Below, in pieces: positions 12,813 to 26,207 of a stretch of 64,000 bases of DNA. Numbering within the stretch: position 1 is the first letter of the stretch; each line of letters opens with the position of its first letter. The stretch comes from Utricularia gibba (Eukaryota > Plantae > Magnoliophyta), in contig NEEC01000002.1 of assembly GCA_002189035.1 (NCBI GenBank), positions 1,984,001 to 2,048,000 of the forward strand. The letters run 5' to 3'. The notes under the pieces were generated by a model that saw nothing but the letters and a program-made list of their open reading frames with translations, was not told where the DNA came from and searched no databases. The translations under genes were made by a program, and so were the position numbers.

Positions 12813-13328
12813 CGTCATGGGTTGGACCCACCGTACTCTTAATGTTTTTTCTGTTCCAGAAATAACCCTCCCTTGTTGCACTCTACGTCCATGCTGAGAC
12901 GCCATGATCCGAGGGTATTTTCGAAATCGGTTGGCTAAAACCTTGAGTTTGGATTTATAAATTTGAAATTATTTTAGATGAATGTTTTCTGAATAAATAT
13001 ATAAATATTAATTTAAATAAATATAGATATACTTACAACTATTTTTTATAATTTCGAATGTAGTTAAATTCATGAAATAAATATGATATAATCTATAATT
13101 TAAATAATATTAATTCCATAAACCTAATAATAATTAAATATTAGACTTTAGGCATGTAGTGGTCGTAGGAGCGGAGTACCCTATTGAAGTTGAAGAGGGC
13201 TATCGAGGGTAGTTGTGTCCTTTTTCGCATCGGCATTACGAGGAAAATTCGTCGCGGTGTATGAAACTTCAAAGTGCCGGTCAAGTTTTTCTCTCCGATT
13301 TCTCGATCTCTTTGGTATCAGATCGATA

Positions 13329-15298
13329 ATGGCGAAGGGAAAGGGTAATCGGAACCATGGGAAGCGAACTTCTACCGTGGGTTTGGTGCTATTAATGCTG
13401 TTGATGTTGACAATAGTGCTGTTGATGCTTCTGGCTTTCGGCGCTCTTTCTCTTCCCATCGGGTTCGATGACGATGGATTGCGTGGCGAGGATACCATAA
13501 AACTGAAACGCTTGAAGCTGGCTATGTATGGTTCAATGATTTTCGTATTGGTTTAATGGGATTTGGGAGTGAAGGATAACTGTTATGTGATCGCAGTAAA
13601 AGGGAAGGAGAAGGAGTTGGTGGTGGGCTAGGTGAAAGAGGCGAGCAGTGGACGGAGATCCTTTCTTGGGAGCCCCGGGCTTTTATTTACCATAATTTTT
13701 TGGTGAGCTTCGCGCAATTTGTTGCTACTTTCTGTTGCTTCTTCGTGTAGTTCTGCTTGGATTCAATTATCCCTTGTTCGTAGCATTTAGATGATACACC
13801 TGCCTCTACCATTGGCCTCTGAGTGCTTTTCTACCTTCCTGAAGTTTGTTTCGATTGAAGTGTGCTGACTTCTAGTGTGCCAGACAGTTTGATTTTGAAA
13901 TTTCGGCAAATTGTTTGTATTCAAGCTATGATTTTATAACCCCACAAAAAGCAACTCATTCAAACTGAAACCAACTTCTTTTTTAGTGTCACTCTTTTAA
14001 TTTGGTGGTTGGTTCTGTCTCAGTCACCATTACGAGAGATCTGCTTTTAACATGAGGTTCCCAGGAAATTTCCTGGATGCAGTTGTTTGTTTGACTTAGT
14101 ATGTTTCTGTATTTTCTTGTACTGTTGGCAGTCAAAGGAAGAATGTGAGTATATGATAAATATCGCTGGGCCTCATATGATGAAATCTACTGTGGTTGAT
14201 AGCAAAACTGGCAAGAGTAAAGATAGCAGGTTTCTTTTTGTGCTTGATGAAAATATACTTTTGCACTTGGATCTCTATTTCCATTCAATATTTTATGGGA
14301 ACCTAAAGAAGCAAGGTCACTTTACAGGGTCCGTACAAGTTCTGGGATGTTTTTGAGACGGGGTAGAGATAAGGTTATCAGAGATATTGAGAAGCGGATA
14401 GCTGATTTCACTTTCATACCTGTAGGTACGGTTATACAGTTAAAGAGGTTTATCTAAAGGGTTTTCATTTTCTTTTCTGGATATTTTGTGATGTCTTGAC
14501 CTTGCATGATCCTGAATGTTTGCTGGAGTTCAGTTGGTGTAGCTGACTATTTCGTTTCAATGAGTAGAGCATGGAGAAGGCCTACAAGTTTTGCACTATG
14601 AAGTGGAGCAAAAATACGAGCCTCATTATGATTACTTTCTGGATGAATTTAATACCAAAAATGGCGGTCAGCGTATAGCTACTCTACTGATGTATCTGTA
14701 AGTTAACCACTATCATCTGATCTATCTGTTTGCAATTCTTTTTCTTTTTTTTTGGCCCTGTAAACGCATCAAGAGTGAACATTATGTAGCTCGGATGTGG
14801 AGGAAGGTGGTGAGACTATCTTTCCCGCTGCCAAGGGAAATTTCAGTGCATTGCCTGGATGGAGTTCTTTGTCCGAATGTGGCAAGAGAGGCCTGGCCGT
14901 CAAGCCCAAAAGGGGCAACGCACTACTCTTCTGGAGCATGCACCCTGATGCCTCCCTAGATTCATCCAGTTTGCACGGTGAGTTCTCCCTCTTATTCATT
15001 TGTAGGAGTATGCTCTCAATTACGTCAAGGGGCATATAGCATCCCAGAAAAAACTTGTTGCCAAGTGGAGGAACCTTGATCTAATTTCTTGTATGTATTC
15101 CACATCGAGAAAATAAGAAGCTACAAATCTATAGATGCTGTAGTGTCCAAAAGTGAAGCCAACCAATGAATCACTCTATTTTTTTTTGCTTGCTAACCGC
15201 CATTTCCTGTGTGGTTAATTTCAGGAAGCTGTCCAGTAATCAAAGGGAACAAATGGTCAGCTACAAAATGGATGCATGTTGGAGAATACAGAGGCTAG
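13329..15298 (+). CDS. P4H: Prolyl 4-hydroxylase (P4H3/P4H10-like, type II membrane anchor); apparent 1-bp deletion at 14360-14362
   Basis: An N-terminal TM segment is followed by WEPRAFIYHNFL, RTSSGMFL, LQVLHYE, HYDYF, DVEEGGETIFP, SLHG and CPVIKGNKWSATKWMH in GT-AG exons. Confidence 0.93.
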
Positions 15299-16606
15299 AT
15301 ACGCAAACGGTACATCCCCACCCCACCCCCGCCTTCATTTGTAGCTTTTTTGCCTCTCTGCAAGGGATTTATGGCCTCAGCTGAGAACTGCTTACATACA
15401 ACACAGCATAGTGTGAGAGTTATGCGAGATTCCTCCTCCTTTTTAGCTTCCTTCTTCCATCATCTGGATGGACGCCGGCAGTGCGTTTGTAAATTCCGGC
15501 GACAATCATTTCTTCCTTGAATTCTAACCCCATGCATGTTCAAATACATTGATAATCGGTGTACTCTCGTTAATCCTTATTTTAAACTTCATGGATTTTT
15601 AACATTTATATTAATAATGATTAACAAGTCGTATATTTTTAGTTTTTGAAATTATTTTCAATAATTTAAATAAAGACGTTCGATAATTTTCATTTTTTTA
15701 TTTTAAAGATAATAAGTGGAGACACGTGGAATTTTAGATACTAAAATTATGACGGACATAAAATATATATTGTGGATTTAGGTTTATTTAATTATATTCA
15801 ATGTGATTGTGTAAGGATATTTGGAATATAAATTTAAATTGTTTAAAACAAAATATCTTACTCCTCTCCTTTTTCAAAAAATAAATAAATAAAATGTATC
15901 CTACACGCCATTAAAAAAATTGTTGTTTAATAGGCAACTCTCCGGCAAAACGGCAGCTCGTTAGTTGAATTCTCGTAGAATTTTCGTTTTAGTGCGCTGG
16001 TTTTATTTTCCACCGTCGGCTTTCTACGCTTCTCATTCATATTCACCGACCCAATTTCTTCTCTTCGCTGTCTGTTTCTCCATCTTTTCCGAGCTCGCAT
16101 TCCTCGAACAAATCTCCGGATTTGTCAGGTAATCATGTTCTTGCATCTCATTTCTCTGTTGTCCCCTTGAAGATCCGTCGGATTTGTAGTTAAGAGGCAC
16201 AGATCTAGTGTTTTTTATTTCAGCCGTTTCCGCTAGATTTGTTTTATTTACTTTGCCTAATCACGGTTCTTCATTGAGATCTATAACCACTGCCTTCTTT
16301 TTGGATTGTTTTCATCGAAGCTGATGGCATGTTCTCTACTTTTTTGCTTTCTCCGGGAAGTGCAATGCATTTTTTTTTTTCGTTTTTTGCCTTGTTTTTT
16401 GTGATCGGATATGAATGGTATGGATGAAGTTTTCATGGTGGAAATTTTCATTGAAGCGTGAACCTTCAGAATGCAATATTTTTTTGACTTGAATAGGTCG
16501 TTCTCAAGGAGCTGAATGTCATTCGGTTGATAAGTCGTTTTCGTCAAATGTATTTTAATCGTGCAGGAAGAGTTCAAGTGGAGGCTTTTCCCAGTATACA
16601 GACAGA

Positions 16607-19600
16607 ATGAAGAAGGCTTTTGATCAAACTGTTCGTGACCTGTGAGAATCTTGAACTTCGGGCTGCTTCATATTATTCGTACTACATTTTCTTTATTCAG
16701 ATGAGTTCGTTCATGATGCTCTAACTTGTCCTTACAAAAATTTCCACCTTGTTAACGTTTTTTTGTGTCTTAGAAATCATAGGTTGCTGGCTTCAACTGG
16801 TTCATAAGCCGTTATGTTTTTAGAAAAAAGAATTAACAATAAACTCGTATGTGTCTATTCTGATGCATATTTGTCGACATCCTGCAGTAAGAGAGAGGTC
16901 AATAAGAAAGTTCTCAAGGTCCCTTCAATTGAGCAGAAGGTAATTAGCTTCTTTCTTGTTTCTGCCTTAATATCTCCCTTAGCTACTTCCCACGTCTTTT
17001 GTAGAAAGTGTTTCACTGATAGTTGCTCTCTTGTTGTTACTCTTTTCTCATATATTTTCCAATGGGCATGTTCGTAGGTTCTTGATGCTACGAGTAATGA
17101 ATCTTGGGGTCCCCATGGGTCGCTTCTTTCTGATATTGCTCAAGCCACAAGGAACTAGTAAGCACCATTTGGTTTAAGAAGTGCTATATCACATGACTGA
17201 TAGTCAAAGATTCACATGTTTTCTTTTTTACTTCAGTCACGAGTTTCATATGATCATGTCTATCATATGGAAGCGTATAAATGATACTGGAAAAAACTGG
17301 CGGCATGTATATAAGGTTTGTTTTCATGTAGTTGAAAATTTCATATGTTTCCAAAATTGCCACTTAGTAATTTTTTCCTCTTTCTTGATGCCACCATGCC
17401 TTCATATAGTATCGTGGGTTCTTTGCATGTTATTGTATTTTTGTCTCGTAAATGAGATGTTTATTTCCAAAATGTTGTTACCTTTTTTCCAGGCATTGGT
17501 TGTATTGGATTACCTGGTGGCCCATGGATCTGAGCGTGTTGTGGATGCCATAAGAGAGCATGCTTATCAGATCTCGGTAAGTTTCATTTTCTCAAAAATC
17601 ATCTGTCATTAGTAGTAATCCCAACATGGTTTTTTTCTGAATGGACATTGACTTTTGGAACATTGCTGAACTATTTCCCGGTAGACGTTGTCCGATTTTC
17701 AATATATTGATTCCAGCGGGAGGGACCAAGGAAATAATGTTAGAAGGAAATCTCAAAGTCTTGTAGCTCTTGTTAATGACAAAGAAAGAATACAAGAAGT
17801 TCGTCAGAAGGCTGCTTCTAATAGAGACAAGTATGTGAGCGTTGAGCACTTCTGCGGTTTTATTTTACCCCTTTGTATTTTTCATGTTCCTTTTCATGCC
17901 TCAAAGAATATGAACGTATTATATTTATGATCGCTTTCATGATGATTAATGTTCTCATAATGCAATGCTTGTTGATATCCAAGTTTTGCATTGTTTTGAT
18001 AAATTTGTCGTCTTTGATCACACTTTTATACTTGAAATAGGTTCCGCAGCAATGCTGGTAATATGCATCTGCCAAATTCTGGATATGGAGACAGATATGA
18101 TGATGATCATTATGAAGGTCGATACAGAGATGATGAACGAAATGGCAACGGAAGAGAGAGAGATGGGGGCTCATGGAATGATGATAGATATGGGAGGTAT
18201 GGTGATTCATATAGCCGTGATGAGGATCGGTATAGCCGAGATACTGAAGATCGTTATGGGCGAGAAAGTTATCGAGACAATGATTACCGTGGTAGAAGTC
18301 AGAGCGTGGATGATTATCATCATGGTTCAAGAGGAAGGAGTTCTGAAAGTTACAGAAATGCAATTGAGGATGATGGCCAATACTCTTCCAGGTCCGTTAA
18401 TTCCTTTTTTGGTGTTCTTCATTTTCTGCCCATGATACTGTACTATAGGTTTCTCTACGATACCTACTGCATAAAATTATGTCTAGTAAATCTAGATAGC
18501 GATGTGCACTACAGCTATCCGAGGAATATGATTGCATGAATATCTAATTGTTCTCACGTAGCTTGCATTTCTTTCCAGGGGGAGTGTTGTGAAAGCTGAT
18601 GATCATCCTCAGGATCGAAGGTTCTCACCTGACCATATGTTTGTGGAATCTTCTTAAGATGCAGCATTGATGCTTTACTGAAACAATTTATTTCCACTTT
18701 CTTACAGTAGTATAGACAAGAAACTGGATCGTAAACATTCTGAAAAAAGCATTGATGCAGCACCTCCTAGTTATGAAGATGCTGTTGTTTCTGGTCAAAG
18801 CCCTAGCTATAGTGAAAGGTAATAAGAATTTGTTTTAACCCCTTTCTGTTCTGCGGGTCTAGTGGTAGCTCTTATAATTTTATCCTCAGGGATGAGGAGT
18901 CCTCCCTGCCACCTGTTTCAAAGAAATTTGTCGCAGACCCAAGTCATGGATTGGCGTCTCCTACTCCACCTAATGTTCATGCGTCTGTTTCTGGAAACGC
19001 ATCAGGTCCAACACCCACTCTGGAATCTCCTACTGCGCTAACTAATTTTGCAGCTCAACCTGATAAGAATGAAGTTGATGGTGAGGAATTTGATCCAAGA
19101 AGTTCATTATCAGGTGACCAAATACTATGGTTACTCTTTTGTCGTTAACTTGGCAATCGTTTTGATAAATCATTAATGCGATCACTCAAATCTCTATTTC
19201 GTTGGCACGTTCTTCATTTTACCTTTTTAGCACAGTTTTAGTTGTTTCATTTCCTGTAAAAGTAAGTTGGCCGTTCATGCTTTTCGATATTAGATCACTC
19301 AGTCCGTATGTGTTACTTTTATATAGCAATATGGATTGACTGACGGGTGTAACTGACTAAAAAAGTTAGTAAAAAAGGTGCTGCGTATATTTTGTTGTAA
19401 CATCTTTTTTTTTTTTCAATTTTATTCTAATGGTCTTTTCCACCTGCTCAATTATCCTCATGCGATTATCTCTTGATTCAACATGAGCCTGTAATACACT
19501 GTTTATGAGGCTTATTAATCTGTAATGACATCATATATGGTTGTACAAATGTCACATCTTTCAATGTGATGACATTACTCTCCAGTAACAACCAGCTAGT

Positions 19601-21680
19601 ACAAGAGGCTGCCTCATTTCGAAATATTTAATTTGTTGTTTCTCCACCTTGCTTTTTAAAGTGGAAAAGGAAAATTTTCTTAGTTTCTACTTTTAATTTT
19701 TCAATAGCTGCCCCGGTTCCATCAAATGGTGCTCCAACTCCCCTATCTGGGCTGGAAATGGATTTGCTAGGCTCTCTGGATGCCTATTCTGCAAGTTCGC
19801 TGGCTCTTGTTCCTGCCGGCCAACCCACGAATCCAGAAGGTGATGGACCAACACACTTATCATCAGGAACCTCTTTTTCAGTCATCCAACAATCAGCATT
19901 TAATAACCAGGTGCGTTTCTGTAAACACCAGCTTCATGGTATGTGGGACTGACAACTATAGTTATGAATTTTCGTGCAGTGGATGGTTACGTTACATTGC
20001 ATTGTTGTGTATGATTGTCGTGTTATCTATCCTTCGACTCATATTCCCCTCTTTACATTCAATCGCTGAAGCCATTTGATATGTCCGATTGTTAGACTAC
20101 GTGGACACTTTTTTATGTGGATGCTATTGATTTCAATTGATCATTTTTTGAAAATGCTGTACTGGTCCTTTTTGCAGTCTTTTGATGATCCATTTGGGGA
20201 CGGACCCTTTAAAGCTGTTCCATCTGCTGAGTCTGTGCCAACACAGCAAAATATTTCTGTATCTTCTGTTTCTTTTAGTGCCAGTTCCAATGATGTTCAA
20301 GATGCACCTCCAATTCCTGAAGCTTCTCCTTCTGAAATTGGTACTCCATCTTATGATTCGACTCGCGTGCATTCTGGCCTTTCTGGTGTCATGATTCCTT
20401 CATCCACACAGCTTGTCCAACAAGAATTGACTTCTCCCAGTTTGGAAGATATATTATCTGAAATACTTCCTCCGGCACCTGCCCCTGTTGAATCACAGGC
20501 TGCTTATCCTATTCCACCTACACAGTCCTTGTCTCACATTGGCTTCAGCCCTCCAGTCAACCAACCTTTATCACAACCTGCACCTGCAATAACCGAGAAT
20601 GGGTCACAAAATGGTTATCAACCACAGGCCATTCCCTCTGGTGGTTTTCCTGCTCAACTTGGTCAGCCCTCATCGGAAACAAATCATGTGCTTATGCCTG
20701 CCCAGCCTATGCCAAACACTGGATTTGCAAATCAAGCGATGGGCTACACCTACGCAGCTCAGACTGGTCATTACCCACAAATGGCTTTCTCTTCTCAAGG
20801 TGTTGTGCCTCAGACTTCTCAAACGGGGTTTCCTCAGGCTGGTTCCATGCAGCCAGGTATGATAAATCCGAGCGTCTATGGGGCGTACAATCCTCATCCA
20901 TTATCTACTGGCCAGCCGGCTGCCTATGCTGCCACTCCTAGCTCTATCGGGATGGCCATCCAGAATAATTTTCCGTCCCAGACAGGACCTGCAGTTCAAA
21001 CCGGACAGCAAGTTCCACAGTCAGGGACAGGAATCACCACTTCTCAAGCGCCCCTTAACTCATCTTTGATGGGAAGAACCGGAGTCTCCACTCGAACATC
21101 AGAAGACATGTTCAAGACGAAGTCCTCTGTCTGGGCGGACACACTGAGCCGTGGGCTAGTCAATTTGAATATCTCAGGACGTAAGTGCTCTCGCTATATT
21201 TTAATTGTATCCTTTGTGATCGCATTGTGTTCTGAAGCATTTCCATGCAGCTAAAGCGAATCCATTGGCCGACATCGGAGTTGACTTCGACGCAATAAAC
21301 CGAAGGGAGAGAAGGATGGAAAAGCCAAGCACAGCCCCCGTCACATCTACAGTAACCATGGGCAAGGCCATGGGTACTGGCTCCGGAATCGGTCGAGCAG
21401 GCGCTGGTTCGCTCATGCCACCATCGAACCCAATGCTCGGTTCTGGTATGAACATAGGCATGGGCGGTTATGGAGTCAGCCAACCCGTAGGGAGGGGTGT
21501 GCCGATGAACTTCACTGCAAATATGCCTGGAAACATGGGTCTAGGAATGAACATGGGCATGGCACCGGGGATGAACCCCATCAACCAGTAGGATTCCCCC
21601 CCGGAACCGGAGGCTATTACGTCGGAGGAGCTGGAAGCTACGGTCCACCCCAACCACCGTACGGTGGTGGTTATCGATGA
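16607..21680 (+). CDS. EPSIN: Clathrin interactor EPSIN (ENTH domain), EPSIN2/3-like; apparent 1-bp deletion at 21576-21579 near the C-terminus
   Basis: Shows [59 protein letters not shown], the DPFGDGPF motif and [16 protein letters not shown]. The GGGYR* ending is recovered only in the shifted frame. Confidence 0.93.
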
Positions 21681-22776
21681 GTGTTTTCCGGGCCACATTT
21701 CTTGCAATAAAGGAGTTGCCTCCTATGTCCGCCCGGCCCTGGCCGGATAATATGTTTTGGTTCGCCTCCGGTATCATTCCGTCGTCTCGTATGTGCACCA
21801 GCAAAGCATCCATCCCTCACGTGTTCATTCTTTAGGGGTTCCGTTGCGGATCCACCACAAGTGTTCTCTCTTTTGGCAACGCGGTTCTGTATAGCCCTCC
21901 TATGCTGCTACGTGGTTCGTGTATAAGAACTGGACATTTTCATACTTGAAAAATAATTATGCGGGTGGTATTTTACAACTTAAACCTTTAAACTTGTAAG
22001 CATTTTTGTTAGATTAAAATTCGAATTGATGATATGATAAAGATTCCAAATTGTTATTAAAATCCGAATCTGCTTTACTTTCATCACAATTTGCATGTGA
22101 GAAGTATAATTTTTATTTTCTTATTTCGCGTGGTTTTTTAAATTATTGAATGCGAAGTATATCCTAAAGAAAATATACCAAATTTGGATTATTTTAAGTG
22201 AAATTTATCATTTAAATATATTAGAAAAAAAAGATCAATCGACAATTGTGATACAGTGTCTCTCGTCATCACGTCGTATACGACGAATTCTACCAAAGTG
22301 AGGCTGAAGTCAACGTAAGGAGGTATGTGGATTGGAGTTGACTTCGACAAAGCTTGTCTTACAAAGTAATGGCGTCAGGAGTAAAGCTAACCAATTCAAC
22401 TCGACGGAATTAGGAATAAGCATAAAAAAGGAATAGTGGAATAATACGGCGCTTGACTATTCATGTATCCGGCATCGATATTTGGGGAGAAGATACGGCT
22501 GTTTAAAAAGAATGATTTATAGGGGGAGTGACAAAGACGTCATATTCGCTGTTCTATGCGCTTATTCGTTCGCTAGCGATCATTTTCAGTGGTTATGTTG
22601 AGTTATCCCTTATGGGGTTAGACGACTTCTTTTTATAGCAGATTTGCAAGAAAAGTCAGATTGGAGTTTTGCTCGTTTGCTGAGAGAACTGGGTTTAGAG
22701 TATAAAGGTTCTTCTTTTGGGGGTTTCAGGGAGCTCCCACTTCAATCATTGAGCTCTGAATCATAGGGGAATAGAC

Positions 22777-25292
22777 ATGATGAATTGGAGGGGTAATTTT
22801 ACCAACAAAACTCTGGTGGGCCTTGTATTGGGGCAGATCCTATCACTTATCGTTACTTCTACTGGTTTTTCATCCTCTCAACTAGCTAAAGAAGGTTCCT
22901 ATTCTTGAATTATTAATATCTTTCAGGATAAAACCTTCTTTTAGTTCATCTTGCTTTTTTCGCATTGTTGGTTGTGTATGTTTGTTCGTCTCTGAGGTAA
23001 GGGCTCTATTTGTTATGAGTGGACTCGTGATTTCTTGTTTTGTGACTATCATTTTTAGGTTTCAACGCACCTACTTCTCAGTCTTTCTTAAATTATGGAT
23101 TGCTGGCATTGGTATATGGAAGTTGTATGCTCTATAGAAAACAAGCCCTCAAGGTCAGTTTATGAATTTTCACCACAGAACATGCTCTGAAGTGCTGTTG
23201 TTCAAATTCTTGATCCGCCTCTGGATTAAGGCGTCATGTTTCATAGTGAAATGCTTCATGCAATTATGAACATCATTTGTGCATTCCAGTCATCTTATTT
23301 CTGCTGTTTCGTAGCTTCTCAGTATAACATTTGAGTATCGAAGACTTTTTCTCCATCTTTGTCGTACGAACGTTGTATAGTTGACCTTGATTTTGTTTAA
23401 TGGGATTATTATATAGGCCTTGATATTTCGTCACCTTCCACTTGATTTTTTGTTTGCATTCAGTCATGCTCAAAATCTATTGTCAACAACTCTTGGTTTG
23501 ATTTAAATTTTTTTTCCTATGGACAAGATCCAAGCATGTAGACCTAAAATATAGTATTATCGTGTGTACGCTCTTCTTGTGATCAGGCTAAATGGTACTA
23601 CTATATTTTTTTGGGACTGGTTGATGTGGAAGCCAATTATCTTGGTAAGTTTCATACAGATGAACTGAACCTTTTTTTTTTTTAAGTAGTGAGGAAATTG
23701 TTCATAACTGCTGCCTCTTTTCAAGGATGATCTTATCTCTTCCACAAGTATTCTTTGTAGAATGGCACTGATTTCTTCATGTGCTCACTAAAAACAACTA
23801 AAATGAGCCTTTTTCCTGTCAGTGGTCAAGGCTTATCAGTATACATCAATTACAAGTGTCATGCTGCTGGATTGTTGGACTATACCTTGCGTCCTCTTCC
23901 TCACTTGGTTCTTTTTGAAGACGCAGTACAGATGGAAAAAGCTTGCTGGTGTGTTCATCTGTATTGCTGGTCTTGTGGCTGTTATATTTTCTGATGTCAG
24001 TTCTGGGGATAGAGCAAGTAAGGATCAAGTCTTACAAGTCTCTGTGACTGTTACTTGAAATATGTAACTGGTTATATCATCCCTGTAGGCGGTAGCAACC
24101 CCATTAAGGGTGACATGCTGGTGCTTGCTGGAGCTACACTTTATGGTGTCAGCAATGTTGCTGAGGTTGGTATTTTTGCTGTTGAAGCCATCTTTTTCGC
24201 AGATTTATAGAATTTCATTAAACCTGCAATGCTGAATTGGTCTTAAAAACAAAGCTTGGTTATGAGACACTGGATTCTTTTTATCCCCTTCATAGCTTTT
24301 CTCCTGTTTTCATTTTCCAATGAACAACATATTTCTGTATATTGGAGTGGACATTTCCTGTTAATCTTGCCACATAGATTCCGCTTGAATCCTTATTTTT
24401 CTATTGCCCACAGGAATTTTTTGTCAAAAGTGCTGATCGGATTGAACTGATGACATTCTTAGGCATCTTTGGTGCTGTTGTCAGTGGATGTCAAATGTAC
24501 ATGCCAGTTCTCTTTTTGCTCATTACTCAATACAAATCATTTTGTCTTGTGCTTGATCTCTGTCGTCTGTTTCTCGGGCAGCGCCATCCTCGAACGGGTT
24601 GAGCTCCGGTCCATCCATTGGTCACCTGGAGTGGTAACTCTTTCTCGCCCTTCTCACGCCTTCACTGTTCTTACTTGATACATGGTGGCTCATAATCTTT
24701 CACCAGGCACTTCCTTTTGTGGGATTTTCTCTGGCCATGTTTTTGTTCTACACGGGAGTCCCCATTCTTTTGAAGGTATCAGAATTTCGAACCTAAGACA
24801 GCAGCAGCTCAATGGTTTAACCTGTCGCTGCTCACCTCTTCCCTTCTGTGCAGATAAGTGGATCAGCCATGTTTAACCTGTCGCTGCTCACCTCCGACAT
24901 GTGGGCCGTTCTGATTCGAATCTTCGCATACCACCAAAAGGTCGTAGCAGTCTTTGATTCTGGACGATTCGCATTTGTAACGAATCCCTATTTCTGCAGG
25001 TCGACTGGCTCTACTTCGTGGCGTTTGCCACCGTCGTCGTTGGACTAGTGATTTACTCATGGTAACTGTCTATACCAGTCCTCGCATGGAAATGCACCTC
25101 CAACATGAACTTCTAACAGAGATAGCATCCTGCTGCTGCAGGGAAGACCATCAATCTGATCCTCGCGTGGCTGAGATCAGCAACGATCTGAGAGCTTCCG
25201 ATCAGGAGGTCGTCCGCTCAAGTGACGTAGAAACCGGGGGCCATGGCGGCCGCGCTCCGACTACCGCCATCGCAACTCCGACCAAACAGTGA
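22777..25292 (+). CDS. Solute carrier family 35 member F1/F2-like (DUF914) transporter
   Basis: Spliced exons give [72 protein letters not shown] and FNLSLLTSDMWAVLIRIFAYH. Confidence 0.92.
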
Positions 25293-26207
25293 ATTTGATT
25301 GTACCAGGAGATACAAGAAACATTGCTTCATGAATAAGCTGAAGATCTGGAGACAGATGAGGATTTAGGGTTTTGATTTTTGAATAATCTACACATTTGG
25401 TACACAAATGTACAAATGTTATTTAAATTTTGTATTATTGTACAATCAAAAATAAAAAAATATTATTGATAAAATATATATTTATAAAATTAATATGAAA
25501 ATTTTTTATCATATGATATATACAACTTAATTAAGAATTATTGTCATTGAAAGAAACTACAATTAAGAATAAATATTTCAAATGGATGTATTTAATATCC
25601 TTTTTATTTTTTATTTATTCTTTTAAATATTGTAAAATATTAAATGCAACTTGATAGTCGAGCAAACCTACTTTGATATATTATTTTTATATGATTAATT
25701 TAGAGATTAAATATCCAACCAATTTTATTCTTTTCATTTAAAAAAACGTTTTGATAGTATTTTAGTAATGGTTTTTTATTTTAAAATCTTTTACATGATT
25801 AATAGAATTATAGTAGCAGAAGAATCTGAAATTGTGAATGCGTAAACGTTAGAGAAACTGGAGACGGTGAGCAACAACGATCGATTCCATCGCGGAGGGC
25901 AATTACTGAGTGACTGGCAGGGACTTTGGAGCTTAGTTCTTGATTTCAGTGAGGAGCTATTTACGTAAGTCAGCATCTTTTTTTGTTGACTGCTCTTGTT
26001 TTTCAGTCAACCGGTCAATGATTTCGGGTATGTGATGAATCCTTTTCTTTTGCTTTTGATGTAACTGCTTAATTTTCGTCGAAGACTTTTTGGGTCAGTT
26101 TCCGGGAATTGGTTTTTGGAGGTGTTAAATTCAGGGGCTGCATTACCAATTGACGCTGGTGCTGATTGACAGTGTTGTGCATGTATTTTTTTTTAATTGT
26201 TTTGTAG

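Noticed and set aside
14493-14510. TCTTGACCTTG, a partial tasiR-ARF-like string
   Set aside because: It is a short match inside a P4H intron with no miR390 sites, so it is consistent with chance.
15097-15190. TTCCACATCG resembling the plant snRNA upstream sequence element, with a TATA-like box about 24 bp downstream
   Set aside because: The match is imperfect, it lies in a P4H intron, and a T-run would end any Pol III transcript after about 20 nt. No snRNA sequence follows.
22300-22350. 15-bp match (GGAGTTGACTTCGAC) to the last epsin exon, a 9-bp inverted repeat, and a VDFDKA reading resembling a LINE RT motif
   Set aside because: The segment is too short and has three competing explanations, with no flanking homology to support any of them.
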